Positions 1-8,235 are shown, counted from the first letter of the stretch. The stretch: DNA of 59,474 nt from an uncultured Erysipelotrichaceae bacterium (GCA_948439995.1 CAOJNP010000004.1:1-59474), one strand, 5' to 3'. Numbers and translations are program-made. The notes: a model not told the origin generated them from the letters alone.

Positions 1-1
1 A

Positions 2-181
2 CAAGTAAGACAGATTGGATCATGGTATCAAGACGAAGCCTGGTTTGTCTATACTACTGAACCTTGGTTTATACGTGGTCATGAGTTTCTTGGTGGAGCT
101 TGTGTTGGAGTGTTTGCTTTGGGTCATTCTCTTGGTAGTATGTTTTCATGGGCTGGTTTTCGCGTCGTGCTAGCGCTTTAG
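2..181 (+). CDS. DGR target protein, 3' end only (C-type-lectin-like variable C-terminus); truncated by the window start
   Basis: Frame 2 reads QVRQIGSWYQDEAWFVYTTEPWFIRGHEFLGGACVGVFALGHSLGSMFSWAGFRVVLAL*, stop TAG at 179-181. It ends in the GFR motif typical of CLec-fold DGR targets and contains the VR. Confidence 0.85.
   Translation, partial: QVRQIGSWYQDEAWFVYTTEPWFIRGHEFLGGACVGVFALGHSLGSMFSWAGFRVVLAL
41..164 (+). repeat. DGR variable region (VR)
   Basis: Identical to 2941-3064 except at 4 nt (122-123 GG vs AA; 143-144 TT vs AA), all of which are adenines in the repeat copy. Confidence 0.92.
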
Positions 182-186
182 CGCTA
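171..186. promoter_or_regulatory. Hairpin just 3' of the VR/IMH (candidate DGR target-recognition stem-loop)
   Basis: TAGCGC-TTTA-GCGCTA, perfect 6-bp stem with 4-nt loop. It follows the VR and is absent after the TR copies. Confidence 0.65.
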
Positions 187-253
187 ACTCTGCTTTTGTA
201 AAATTAAATCGAAGAAGTGGATTAAAATTAAAAGAAAAATCTATGAATGTTTG

Positions 254-352
254 AAGCCTTTCGCTCCCTTTTTGGCGAAAGGCTTTTGCAGTTTTCTACC
301 AGCGTTAGCTGGTAAAAAAAGTATGCGCTTTTCCGTTTTGGGAAAAGCGCAT
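254..352. other. Three consecutive GC-rich hairpins
   Basis: AAGCCTTTCGC/GCGAAAGGCTT (254-285), TACCAGC-GTTA-GCTGGTA (297-314), ATGCGCTTTTCC/GGAAAAGCGCAT (323-352). Confidence 0.75.
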
Positions 353-387
353 GTAAATTTTTTTTTCTACGAAGAGTTCGATTTAAT

Positions 388-416
388 TTGACATTTTTCG
401 CAAATAACAATATAAT
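388..416 (+). promoter_or_regulatory. Consensus sigma-A promoter for the DGR accessory-avd-RT operon
   Basis: TTGACA (388-393), 17 bp spacer, TATAAT (411-416). Confidence 0.8.
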
Positions 417-713
417 TTGAATAGGAAGGAATAGAAAATATTTTTTCTAAACCTTTCTTCAATTACAGGATTTAAAATATAATATTGGTTTTCAAAAAGT
501 CTCAAAAAAATCGTCCTGTTTTTGAGTAGTAAGATGTAATATCAAATGTTTTTACATTTGGTAGTGTTATAAGAGTTGGTAGTTTTTACTAGCTCTTATT
601 TCATCCTTTTGGAAAAATTCTTTGTTTTTCAAAGTTATGGTCGAATTCTTCCAAGTCAATTTAAATGAATTTTAGCAGTACATGATTTTTGTATTGCTTT
701 TTTTTGGAGGTAA

Positions 714-1100
714 ATGATGAGTAAAATTTATGAAAAATATCTTGCATTAAAAGAAAGTGATCCAGATAAATTATATTTATTTCGTTGTGGAAACTTTTAT
801 ATCTTTTTAGCAGATGATGCTGATTTTATTAATAATTATGTTGTATTAAAACGAACAAAATTTTCAAAAGAAGTGATGAAATGTGGTTTTCCCGTGGGAA
901 GTAAAGAAGAATATTTAAAAGTATTTGAACATCAAAATTTAAAAATTGAAGTAATTGAAAATCCATTGTTGCCAGTAGAAATTAGTGAACGAGAAAAATT
1001 TGTTGTAAATTATTTAAAAAATATAGAAATCAATATGCTTACACCGATTGATGCAATTAATAAATTAAAAGAATTACAGGAGATGTTTTATGAATCATAA
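714..1100 (+). CDS. MutS domain-I-like small DGR accessory protein (MSL type)
   Basis: YLALKESDPDKLYLFRCGNFYIF resembles the MutS N-terminus (FRMGDFYELF). C-terminal NMLTPIDAINKLKELQ resembles the MutS C-terminal helix. GGAGG RBS; overlaps avd. Confidence 0.7.
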   Translation: MMSKIYEKYLALKESDPDKLYLFRCGNFYIFLADDADFINNYVVLKRTKFSKEVMKCGFPVGSKEEYLKVFEHQNLKIEVIENPLLPVEISEREKFVVNYLKNIEINMLTPIDAINKLKELQEMFYES

Positions 1101-1464
1101 AGAAGAAACAAAAACTGTAGAAGATTTAATTATCTATAAGCAATATATTGAATTAATTTATTATACCGAAAATATATTAATGAAATATCCAAAATGTGAA
1201 AGATTTGCATTAGCAAGTACGATTAAAAATGCTACTTATGAGGGAATGCGATGTGTTATAAATGCATTTAAAGAATATAATCGTGATCAAAAATTATCGA
1301 ATTTAAATCATTTAGATACGACTTTAAAAATGATTAAAGTTATGATCAGAGTATCTTACAAAAAAAGATATATTAATGCAAAAAATTATACAGCATGGGG
1401 GAAAAAACTGGCTAATTTGGGTAACTTGCTTGGAGGATGGATGAAATCATGCCTAAAACAATAA
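1090..1464 (+). CDS. avd: DGR accessory variability determinant (Avd-like four-helix bundle)
   Basis: 124 aa with YPKCERFAL and terminal LGNLLGGW motifs; directly upstream of and overlapping the RT gene. Confidence 0.88.
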   Translation: MNHKEETKTVEDLIIYKQYIELIYYTENILMKYPKCERFALASTIKNATYEGMRCVINAFKEYNRDQKLSNLNHLDTTLKMIKVMIRVSYKKRYINAKNYTAWGKKLANLGNLLGGWMKSCLKQ

Positions 1465-2477
1465 GAAATGTTTATGATGAAAAATTAACATTTATTAAAC
1501 TTTTAGAGGCTCATGAACGCGCAAGTAAAAATAAAAAAAATCATAAAGATGTGATTTTATTTGAAATGGATTTAGAAAGTAACATTGCGAATTTATTACA
1601 TAAAATAAAAACAGGAACTTATCGTATGGGGAAATATCATGAATTTTATGTGTATGAACCAAAGCAAAGACTGATTAAAGCACTACCTTATGTTGATCGA
1701 ATTGTGCATCAATGGTATGTAGAAGAATTTATAAAACCATATATGGCACCCCGATTTATTTTTACTAGTTTTGCATGTATTGAAGAAAGAGGTGCCCATA
1801 AAGCAGTGGATTTTTTACAGAAATATATGAGAATAATGAAACGAAATTATGGCAATTATTATATTTTAAAATGTGACATCAAAAAATATTTTTATAATAT
1901 TGATCGTAACATTTTATTTCAAATTTTATCTCGTTATATTTCGGATAAAAAATTACTTGATTTTACAAAGTTATTATTATTTGATGAACCAGAATCTATT
2001 GGAATTCCAATTGGAAATTACACGAGTCAGTATTTTGCCAATATTTATTTAAATGAATTAGACCATTATGTGAAGGAGAAACTAAGAGTCAAATATTATT
2101 TAAGATATATGGATGATTTTATTTTGCTTTGTAAAACAAAAGAAGAAGCAAGAGAATATAAGAAGATTCTTGAAGAATTTCTTTCTTTTAAATTACATTT
2201 AGAATTTAACAAAAAAACTAGATATTATCCAAATAGTATGGGAGTAGATTTTTGTGGATATAAAGTTTTTGAAACACATCGTTTAATACGAAAAAGAAGT
2301 AAAGATAAAATGCGACGTCACATTAAAAAGTGGAATAAAAAGTATCGTTTAGGAACTTTAGATTTAAAAGAAGTAGAACAAAGTTGGAATGCGTGGCTTG
2401 GACATATTAAACATGCAAATTGTTATACTCTTCAAAATCGTTATCATGATTTAATGGAGTTTCGAGACATCTTTTAG
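1449..2477 (+). CDS. DGR reverse transcriptase
   Basis: KCDIKKYF, GIPIGNYTSQYFANIYL (SQ motif of DGR RTs), YLRYMDDF, GVDFCGY. About 342 aa with no maturase or endonuclease domain. Confidence 0.95.
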   Translation: MPKTIRNVYDEKLTFIKLLEAHERASKNKKNHKDVILFEMDLESNIANLLHKIKTGTYRMGKYHEFYVYEPKQRLIKALPYVDRIVHQWYVEEFIKPYMAPRFIFTSFACIEERGAHKAVDFLQKYMRIMKRNYGNYYILKCDIKKYFYNIDRNILFQILSRYISDKKLLDFTKLLLFDEPESIGIPIGNYTSQYFANIYLNELDHYVKEKLRVKYYLRYMDDFILLCKTKEEAREYKKILEEFLSFKLHLEFNKKTRYYPNSMGVDFCGYKVFETHRLIRKRSKDKMRRHIKKWNKKYRLGTLDLKEVEQSWNAWLGHIKHANCYTLQNRYHDLMEFRDIF

Positions 2478-2540
2478 GAAATTTTGTCAAAATCATTTTT
2501 ATTCTTTTAAAAGAGTGATACATTTTTTATGGTGAATAAA

Positions 2541-2768
2541 ATGAATTTATATTATCAAAATGAGACACTTTTTATTGATGTAAATGGTATTTTAGATGAA
2601 GAACATATGAAATATTTAAAACGAAAAATCTTTCGAATTGTAGATGATTATGATATTAATCATATTATTCTTAGAAGTTATCCTAATAATTTAGAATATA
2701 AAAAAATGTTTCAGCAAATAAAAAAAGAATATAATCAAAAATATACGGGATATTTTGTCATAAGATAA
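2541..2768 (+). CDS. Small protein resembling the N-terminal half of STAS/SpoIIAA
   Basis: TLFIDVNGILDEEHMKYLKRKIFRIVDDYDINHIIL parallels the SpoIIAA IRLTGELD...LKQKV...DIRHIVL pattern, but has no DSSG phosphoserine motif. Confidence 0.45.
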   Translation: MNLYYQNETLFIDVNGILDEEHMKYLKRKIFRIVDDYDINHIILRSYPNNLEYKKMFQQIKKEYNQKYTGYFVIR

Positions 2769-2940
2769 TTTAATTTGTCTTTCTTTTATCCCTTAATATG
2801 ATTTTAGTAATATTTTTCTAAATATATAGTATGCTTTTTTCTTTCATGTAGTAAGAATTCTTAGAGTGGTTTCGCAGAAATTTATTAAATTATTTGAAAA
2901 TTTAAATTTTAATGTTATATTTATTAGGGATTACGATAAG

Positions 2941-3064
2941 TGGTTTGTCTATACTACTGAACCTTGGTTTATACGTGGTCATGAGTTTCTTGGTGGAGCT
3001 TGTGTTGGAGTGTTTGCTTTGAATCATTCTCTTGGTAGTATGAATTCATGGGCTGGTTTTCGCG
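2941..3064 (+). repeat. TR1, cognate template of the VR at 41-164
   Basis: 120/124 identical to the VR; all mismatches are at TR adenines. Confidence 0.9.
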
Positions 3065-3237
3065 ATAGTAACTATGATAAATAAAGTTTAAAATTAATTT
3101 ACGAATTAATAAAGAATTGTCATAGAGTTGTAATTCCATTTCTTCGGAATAAATACATTTAATTATTAAAACAAGATTAGTAAAAATATTCGAACTTTTT
3201 GTTTTATATTTTACTTTGTTTCATGGGATTATAACAA

Positions 3238-3361
3238 AGGTTTGTCTATACTGCTCAGCCTTGGTACACTCGTGGTGGTGTGTTTTCAGTCGGCATTGGT
3301 GCTGGAGTGTTTGCCATTCATCCTAATCATGGTAGAGTGGATCTGGCTTATGGTTTTCGCG
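3238..3361 (+). repeat. TR2 cassette
   Basis: Same length and scaffold as TR1; translates RFVYTAQPWYTRGGVFSVGIGAGVFAIHPNHGRVDLAYGFR. Confidence 0.8.
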
Positions 3362-3533
3362 ATAGTAACTATGATAAATAAAGCTTAAAATTAATTTACG
3401 AATTAATAAAGAATTGTCATAGAGTTATAATTCCATTTCTTCGGAATAAATACATTTATTATTAAAACAAGATTAGTAAAAATGTTTGAACTTTTTGTTT
3501 TATATTTTATTTTGTTTCATGGGATTATAACAA

Positions 3534-3657
3534 AGGTTTGTCTCTACTGTTCAGCCTTGGTTTCTCCGTAGTGGTGGTCATTTTATTGGATTGGATGCCG
3601 GAGTGTTTGCCATTGGTCGTGCTTTTGGTAGTGTGGATCCAAACATTGGTTTTCGCG
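3534..3657 (+). repeat. TR3 cassette (downstream spacer diverged)
   Basis: Translates RFVSTVQPWFLRSGGHFIGLDAGVFAIGRAFGSVDPNIGFR. Only ACTATGATAA of the spacer is retained downstream. Confidence 0.78.
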
Positions 3658-3732
3658 GTTTTATACTATGATAATTTAATTATGACAAATAAGTTTAAGG
3701 ATTTAATTCATTTTAGAAGAAAATAAATTCAT

Positions 3733-3768
3733 AAAAAAATAAGGTATAAACAAAATACCTTATTTTTT
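3733..3768. terminator. Bidirectional intrinsic terminator between the TR array and the symporter gene
   Basis: AAAAAATAAGGTAT-AAACAAA-ATACCTTATTTTTT. Confidence 0.65.
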
Positions 3769-3774
3769 CTTTTT

Positions 3775-4971
3775 CTATTCTTTTAATAATTTTTCAATAA
3801 ACATGGTTGATGGAACATCGCCTGTTGCATTTAAACATGTTGCTGGAGCATCAATGAGCCATGCAATAGTTGTTAATAATATATAAGCTGAAGTTGGAAA
3901 ACCAAAAATAGATAATATTAATAATTCACTAATTAAACCACCTGATGGAATTCCTGACATTGCCATGCAAATAAATGTTGCAAGTAAGAGTGTGATTAGT
4001 ATATTTGGAAGTGTAAAGAAATTTTTTCCATAGATTGCGAATAAAAACATTACTTTTAAAACAGTTCCCATACTTGAGCCTTCCATGTGAGTAGCAGCAC
4101 CTAACGACATACTAACACTACTTATTTCGTTTTTCACTTTTAATTTTTTTGCAGCTTCAATATTGATTGGTAGTGTTGCAAGAGAAGAACAGGTAGCAAG
4201 TGATGTAAAAGCAGAACTTGAAATGTGTTTCCAAAGATCTTTTACTCCATTTTTTCCTCTACTTAAAACCGCATATAAACTATAGAATAATGCAAAATAA
4301 ATAACACATGCAATTAAATAAATGACGAGATAAGATGCATAGGAACCGATCAATTCGGGACCCATTTCTGCAATGAGATTTGCAAAGTAAGCACAAATTC
4401 CAATTGGAGCATAATACATAATGATATCAATTACTTTTAGTAAAGCCTCATTTCCACCTTCTAATAATCTTTTTACGGTTTCCCCTTTTTCTTTTGCAGC
4501 AGCAACGCCAAAACCTACTAAGCAAGAGAAAATAATCAGTGGTAATAAATGTTTTCTTGATAATAATTCTGAGAAATCTGAAACAGTAATGGTTTCAACA
4601 ATTTTTTCTTTGATATCAATATTTTCTACTTCTAAGTTTTCAGTTGGTATAGGGTTGTCTATTTTTGGTCTCGCAAGTGAGAGTGTTCCCATCATGAAGA
4701 TAGAACTAATTAAACTTGTTGTTAAAAATACAATAAGTGTTGTGCGTACAATTTTACCAAATTTCTTTCCTGAACCAAATTTTGCAATGGAACTTGATAT
4801 TAAGAAAAAAACAAGCGGTACTACGATGGTAAATAATAAATTGATGAAAATATCTCCTAAGGGTTTGATGATGCTTACTTGTTCTTTTAAGAAAATTCCG
4901 AGTAAACATCCAATTATCATGGCAATAATTAATACAATTGATGATTTCCATTTGATTTTTATCTTTTTCAT
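3775..4971 (-). CDS. Dicarboxylate/amino acid:cation symporter (DAACS/SDF family)
   Basis: Multiple TM helices with motifs KPLGDIFINLL, TCSSLATLP, LGAATHMEG, GIPSGG, LNATGD. Confidence 0.9.
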   Translation of the reverse strand: MKKIKIKWKSSIVLIIAMIIGCLLGIFLKEQVSIIKPLGDIFINLLFTIVVPLVFFLISSSIAKFGSGKKFGKIVRTTLIVFLTTSLISSIFMMGTLSLARPKIDNPIPTENLEVENIDIKEKIVETITVSDFSELLSRKHLLPLIIFSCLVGFGVAAAKEKGETVKRLLEGGNEALLKVIDIIMYYAPIGICAYFANLIAEMGPELIGSYASYLVIYLIACVIYFALFYSLYAVLSRGKNGVKDLWKHISSSAFTSLATCSSLATLPINIEAAKKLKVKNEISSVSMSLGAATHMEGSSMGTVLKVMFLFAIYGKNFFTLPNILITLLLATFICMAMSGIPSGGLISELLILSIFGFPTSAYILLTTIAWLIDAPATCLNATGDVPSTMFIEKLLKE

Positions 4972-5169
4972 AAAAATACCTCCTAGTTTCATTATATCGA
5001 TACTTTTTTAAAAATAGAAAGAAAAATTGACATTTCTTGACATTTTTCTTTTTTTTCTTGAAACAGGAATTTAATTTTTCATAAAAGAATAAATTTTCTT
5101 TAGAGAATTCAAAGGAAAAGTCTTGAGAATTTTCTTCTATTTTGATAAAATACAAGTGGCTTTTAGTAA

Positions 5170-5260
5170 GCAAATAGACATGTGAAAGGGAAAAAGGAAT
5201 TCGAGTGCCGAAGAGGTGAATTTCTTTTGTTGATCTTTACAGGTGAAAAACGAAGGAGGA
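5170..5260 (+). promoter_or_regulatory. Possible structured rpsB (S2) leader
   Basis: Stem AAAAGGAATTC...GAATTTCTTTT encloses GAGTGCCGAAGAGGT upstream of the rpsB RBS. Confidence 0.4.
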
Positions 5261-5266
5261 TTTATT

Positions 5267-6205
5267 ATGGCCGTAGTTTCTATGAGTAACCTTTTAGAAG
5301 CTGGAGTTCATTTTGGACATCAAACAAAACGTTGGAATCCAAAAATGAAACCTTATATCTTTGCTGCAAGAGAAGATATTTATATTATTGACTTGCAAAA
5401 AACTGCAGAAAAATTGGAAATTGCTTATCAAGAAGTAAAGACAATTGCAGAAAATGGTGGAACATTCTTGTTTGTAGGAACTAAAAAACAAGCAAGTGAA
5501 GTATCCAAAGAAGAAGCAGAAAGAAGTAATTCATTTTATGTAAATGAAAGATGGCTTGGAGGAACGCTTACCAATTTCCGTACAATTAGAAGAAGAGTAA
5601 AACGTTTAGAAGAAATTGAAAACATGGAGAAAAATGGAACATTTGAAGTGTTACCGAAAAAAGAAGTTATCGGACTTAAAAAAGAATATGAAAAATTAAA
5701 TCGATTATTGTGTGGAATTCGTGGAATGGTAAAAATTCCACAAGCATTGATTATTGTTGATCCAAAAAAAGAAATCAATGCGATTCGTGAAGCAAGAAAA
5801 TTAAATATTCCAGTATTTGGTCTTGTTGATACCAATTGTGATCCAGATGATGTTGATTTTGTAATACCTGGAAATGATGATGCAGTTCGCTCTGTAAAAG
5901 TTGTTTTAGGTGTTTTAAACAATGCTATTTGTGAAGCAAATCATTTAGAAATGGTAGATTATGTAACAGAAGAAGATAAGAAAAAAGCTATAACAAAAGA
6001 AAATACTACCGAAGAAGTAAAACCAATTATGGAGGAAGCTTTAAAAGAAGATCAATCAGTAAAAGAAATGGCAGCAGCAGAAGAAGAAATCAGTGATTTA
6101 TCGAGAAAAACATTAGCAGAATTAAAAGCCATGGCAAAAGAAGCAAACATTAAAGGTTATAGTACCATGAAAAAAGATGATTTAATTGCATCTTTATCAA
6201 AATAA
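5267..6205 (+). CDS. rpsB: 30S ribosomal protein S2 with C-terminal Rho_N-like extension
   Basis: [35 protein letters not shown]. Confidence 0.97.
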   Translation: MAVVSMSNLLEAGVHFGHQTKRWNPKMKPYIFAAREDIYIIDLQKTAEKLEIAYQEVKTIAENGGTFLFVGTKKQASEVSKEEAERSNSFYVNERWLGGTLTNFRTIRRRVKRLEEIENMEKNGTFEVLPKKEVIGLKKEYEKLNRLLCGIRGMVKIPQALIIVDPKKEINAIREARKLNIPVFGLVDTNCDPDDVDFVIPGNDDAVRSVKVVLGVLNNAICEANHLEMVDYVTEEDKKKAITKENTTEEVKPIMEEALKEDQSVKEMAAAEEEISDLSRKTLAELKAMAKEANIKGYSTMKKDDLIASLSK

Positions 6206-6219
6206 TTGGAGGGATATTT

Positions 6220-7095
6220 ATGATTACCGCTGAAATGGTAAAGAATTTAAGAGAAACAACTGGTGCAGGCATGATGGATTGTAAAAAAGCACTTGCAGAA
6301 TGCAATGGAGATATGGAAGCTGCTGTCGATTATTTAAGAGAAAAAGGAATTGCCAAAGCGAATAAAAAAGAATCTCGTATTGCAGCAGAAGGTTTATCAA
6401 ATATTTTTATTGATGGAAATAAAGCCATCATATTAGAAGTAAATTCTGAAACAGACTTTGTAAGTAAAAATGATGAATTTAAAGAAATGATTGAAGAAAT
6501 TGGGAAAACAATTTTAAGTGGTAATGCAACTACTTTAGAAAGTGCTTTAGAACTTCAAACAAAAGAAGGAACAATTCAAGATTTAATTGTTTCTAAGACT
6601 GCTAAAATAGGAGAAAAATTATCTCTTCGTCGATTTGAAGTTTTAGAAAAAGAAGACAATGAAGTATTTGGAGCTTATTTACATTTAGGAGGTAGAATTG
6701 CAGCATTATCTGTTTTATCAAGTACAACAGAAGAGATTGCCAAAGATGTTTCTATGCAATCTGCAGCAATGAGTCCAAAATATGTTTTCCGTGAAGAAGT
6801 TCCAGCTGATGAAGTAGAAAGAGAAAAAGAAATCTTAAAAGAACAGGCAATGAATGAAGGAAAACCTGAAGAAATTGCTATGAAAATGGTAGAAGGAAGA
6901 CTTCATAAATTCTTCAAAGAAATTTGTCTTAGTGAACAAGCTTTTATTAAAAATGGCGATATGGATGTTGCTACTTATGTAAAAAATCATGGTGGTACGA
7001 TTAAAAAAGTAGTTCGTTATGAAGTTGGCGAAGGAATGGAAAAAAGACAAGATGATTTTGCACAAGAAGTTATGAATCAAGTGAATGGAAATTAA
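6220..7095 (+). CDS. tsf: Elongation factor Ts
   Basis: LRETTGAGMMDCKKAL, EVNSETDFV. Confidence 0.98.
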   Translation: MITAEMVKNLRETTGAGMMDCKKALAECNGDMEAAVDYLREKGIAKANKKESRIAAEGLSNIFIDGNKAIILEVNSETDFVSKNDEFKEMIEEIGKTILSGNATTLESALELQTKEGTIQDLIVSKTAKIGEKLSLRRFEVLEKEDNEVFGAYLHLGGRIAALSVLSSTTEEIAKDVSMQSAAMSPKYVFREEVPADEVEREKEILKEQAMNEGKPEEIAMKMVEGRLHKFFKEICLSEQAFIKNGDMDVATYVKNHGGTIKKVVRYEVGEGMEKRQDDFAQEVMNQVNGN

Positions 7096-7099
7096 TTTT

Positions 7100-7126
7100 G
7101 ACACTTTCTTAGGAAAGTGTCTTTTT
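7100..7126 (+). terminator. Intrinsic terminator after tsf
   Basis: GACACTTTC-TTAG-GAAAGTGTC followed by TTTTT. Confidence 0.75.
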
Positions 7127-7171
7127 AGATGAATTGCTTTATGTTATACTTTATTTAAGTGAGTGATTTAG

Positions 7172-7774
7172 ATGAAAGTAGAAAAAAAACCAATGTCAAT
7201 GACTCAGAAAATAATTTATGCCCTTTGTTTTATTGGATTAATATGGGCTTTTATTTTTTTGGGAACAAGAAATTATAAAGTAAAAGAATTAACCGATTCA
7301 GAATTATTTAGTAAAGAATATAAAACCATTTCTGAAAATAATTTATTTCAAGTTTTCAATTCTTCGGAAGCATTAACATTTTTAGAAAAAGGAACTGGAA
7401 TTTTATTTTTCGGTTTTCCAGAAAATAAATGGAGTAATAGTATTGCAGAAATGTTACATGAAGTTAGTTTAGAACAAAACTATTCCATTTCTTATTTTAA
7501 TTTTTTAGAAGAACGTCAAAGTCGTCATGATAATTATATTGGTATGATTCGTGAAATGGATGATTATTTAAGAAGTGATGATGAAGGAAAACTAAATATA
7601 TATGCTCCTATCATTGTTTCTGTAATTCATGGAAAAGTAATCTATTTTGATGATCAATTTACTTTTGTAAATAATCATTTGGATCCAAAAGATTATTGGA
7701 CTGCAGAAAAAAAAGAAGAGTTTATGAATCGTTTGCGTCACATCATAAATGAATTAAAAGCGGTAGAAAAATGA
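7172..7774 (+). CDS. Membrane-anchored protein, probable Cys-less thioredoxin-like fold
   Basis: N-terminal TM; GTGILFFGFPENKWS at the usual CxxC position; YAPIIVSVIHGK. Confidence 0.55.
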   Translation: MKVEKKPMSMTQKIIYALCFIGLIWAFIFLGTRNYKVKELTDSELFSKEYKTISENNLFQVFNSSEALTFLEKGTGILFFGFPENKWSNSIAEMLHEVSLEQNYSISYFNFLEERQSRHDNYIGMIREMDDYLRSDDEGKLNIYAPIIVSVIHGKVIYFDDQFTFVNNHLDPKDYWTAEKKEEFMNRLRHIINELKAVEK

Positions 7775-8235
7775 GTTCGTTTCAAAAAAATATTTTCACC
7801 AAACAACAAATCTTTTTTTGTATTTTTTCTGTTTTCTTTTTTCTTTTTCTTCTTTGTGGTGATTGGATTGTTACAAGATTTATTCCAGTTAATCCCAATC
7901 AAGAATATTTTTTAAATTCTAAATTAGAACAAGATGATTTGATTGAAATTTCCCTAGAAGAAGCATTTCATCTCATTTTAAGCGAAGAGCAAATTAATTT
8001 ATTATTTATAGAAAAAGAAAAAATTAATTCGGTCGAAAAAATGAAACATTTAGAATCTCTTTATTTTGTAGATTTAAATACTATTCATCAAGATGAAAAA
8101 ACATTTTTAACTTTTCGAGAAAAAATTCCAGAAATAAAATTGGAACAATCGAGTTTTTTTTCCTTTCAAAATGGTGAATTAAAAGAATATTATGAAGTAG
8201 TCAGTGAAAAAAATGATACCATAAAAGAATCGTGA
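7771..8235 (+). CDS. Hypothetical membrane-anchored protein
   Basis: N-terminal TM; ATGA overlap with the previous gene. Confidence 0.55.
   Translation: MSSFQKNIFTKQQIFFCIFSVFFFLFLLCGDWIVTRFIPVNPNQEYFLNSKLEQDDLIEISLEEAFHLILSEEQINLLFIEKEKINSVEKMKHLESLYFVDLNTIHQDEKTFLTFREKIPEIKLEQSSFFSFQNGELKEYYEVVSEKNDTIKES

Larger units (their letters stand above)
2927..3670 (+). repeat. Tandem array of three DGR template-repeat-like cassettes (period 296-298 bp)
   Basis: Units start GGGATT at 2927, 3225 and 3521. Cores at 2941-3063, 3238-3360 and 3534-3656 each run from (T/A)GGTTTGTC to GGTTTTCGC. Spacers 3064-3224 and 3361-3520 differ at only 6 positions. Confidence 0.9.

Noticed and set aside
1449-2477. 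Group II intron or retron RT
   Set aside because: No maturase or endonuclease domain. The SQ motif, adjacent avd and an adenine-specific VR/TR pair indicate a DGR.
2843-2876. TTCATG...GGTTTCGC as a collapsed fourth cassette
   Set aside because: The matches are too short to distinguish from chance.
2866-3084. 72-aa ORF containing TR1 in the target frame
   Set aside because: GTG start without an RBS and a low-complexity N-terminus. The open frame is explained by TR1 mirroring the coding VR.
2927-3670. CRISPR array interpretation
   Set aside because: Repeats of about 170 nt and 123-nt inserts homologous to each other; no cas genes in the window.
3538-3726. 62-aa hydrophobic ORF over TR3
   Set aside because: Out of the scaffold frame, no RBS, and a by-product of G/T-rich cassette sequence.
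4421-5011. 196-aa antisense ORF and similar shadow ORFs (5536-5922, 24726-25124, 46664-46993)
   Set aside because: They lie opposite well-supported genes and have no motifs.
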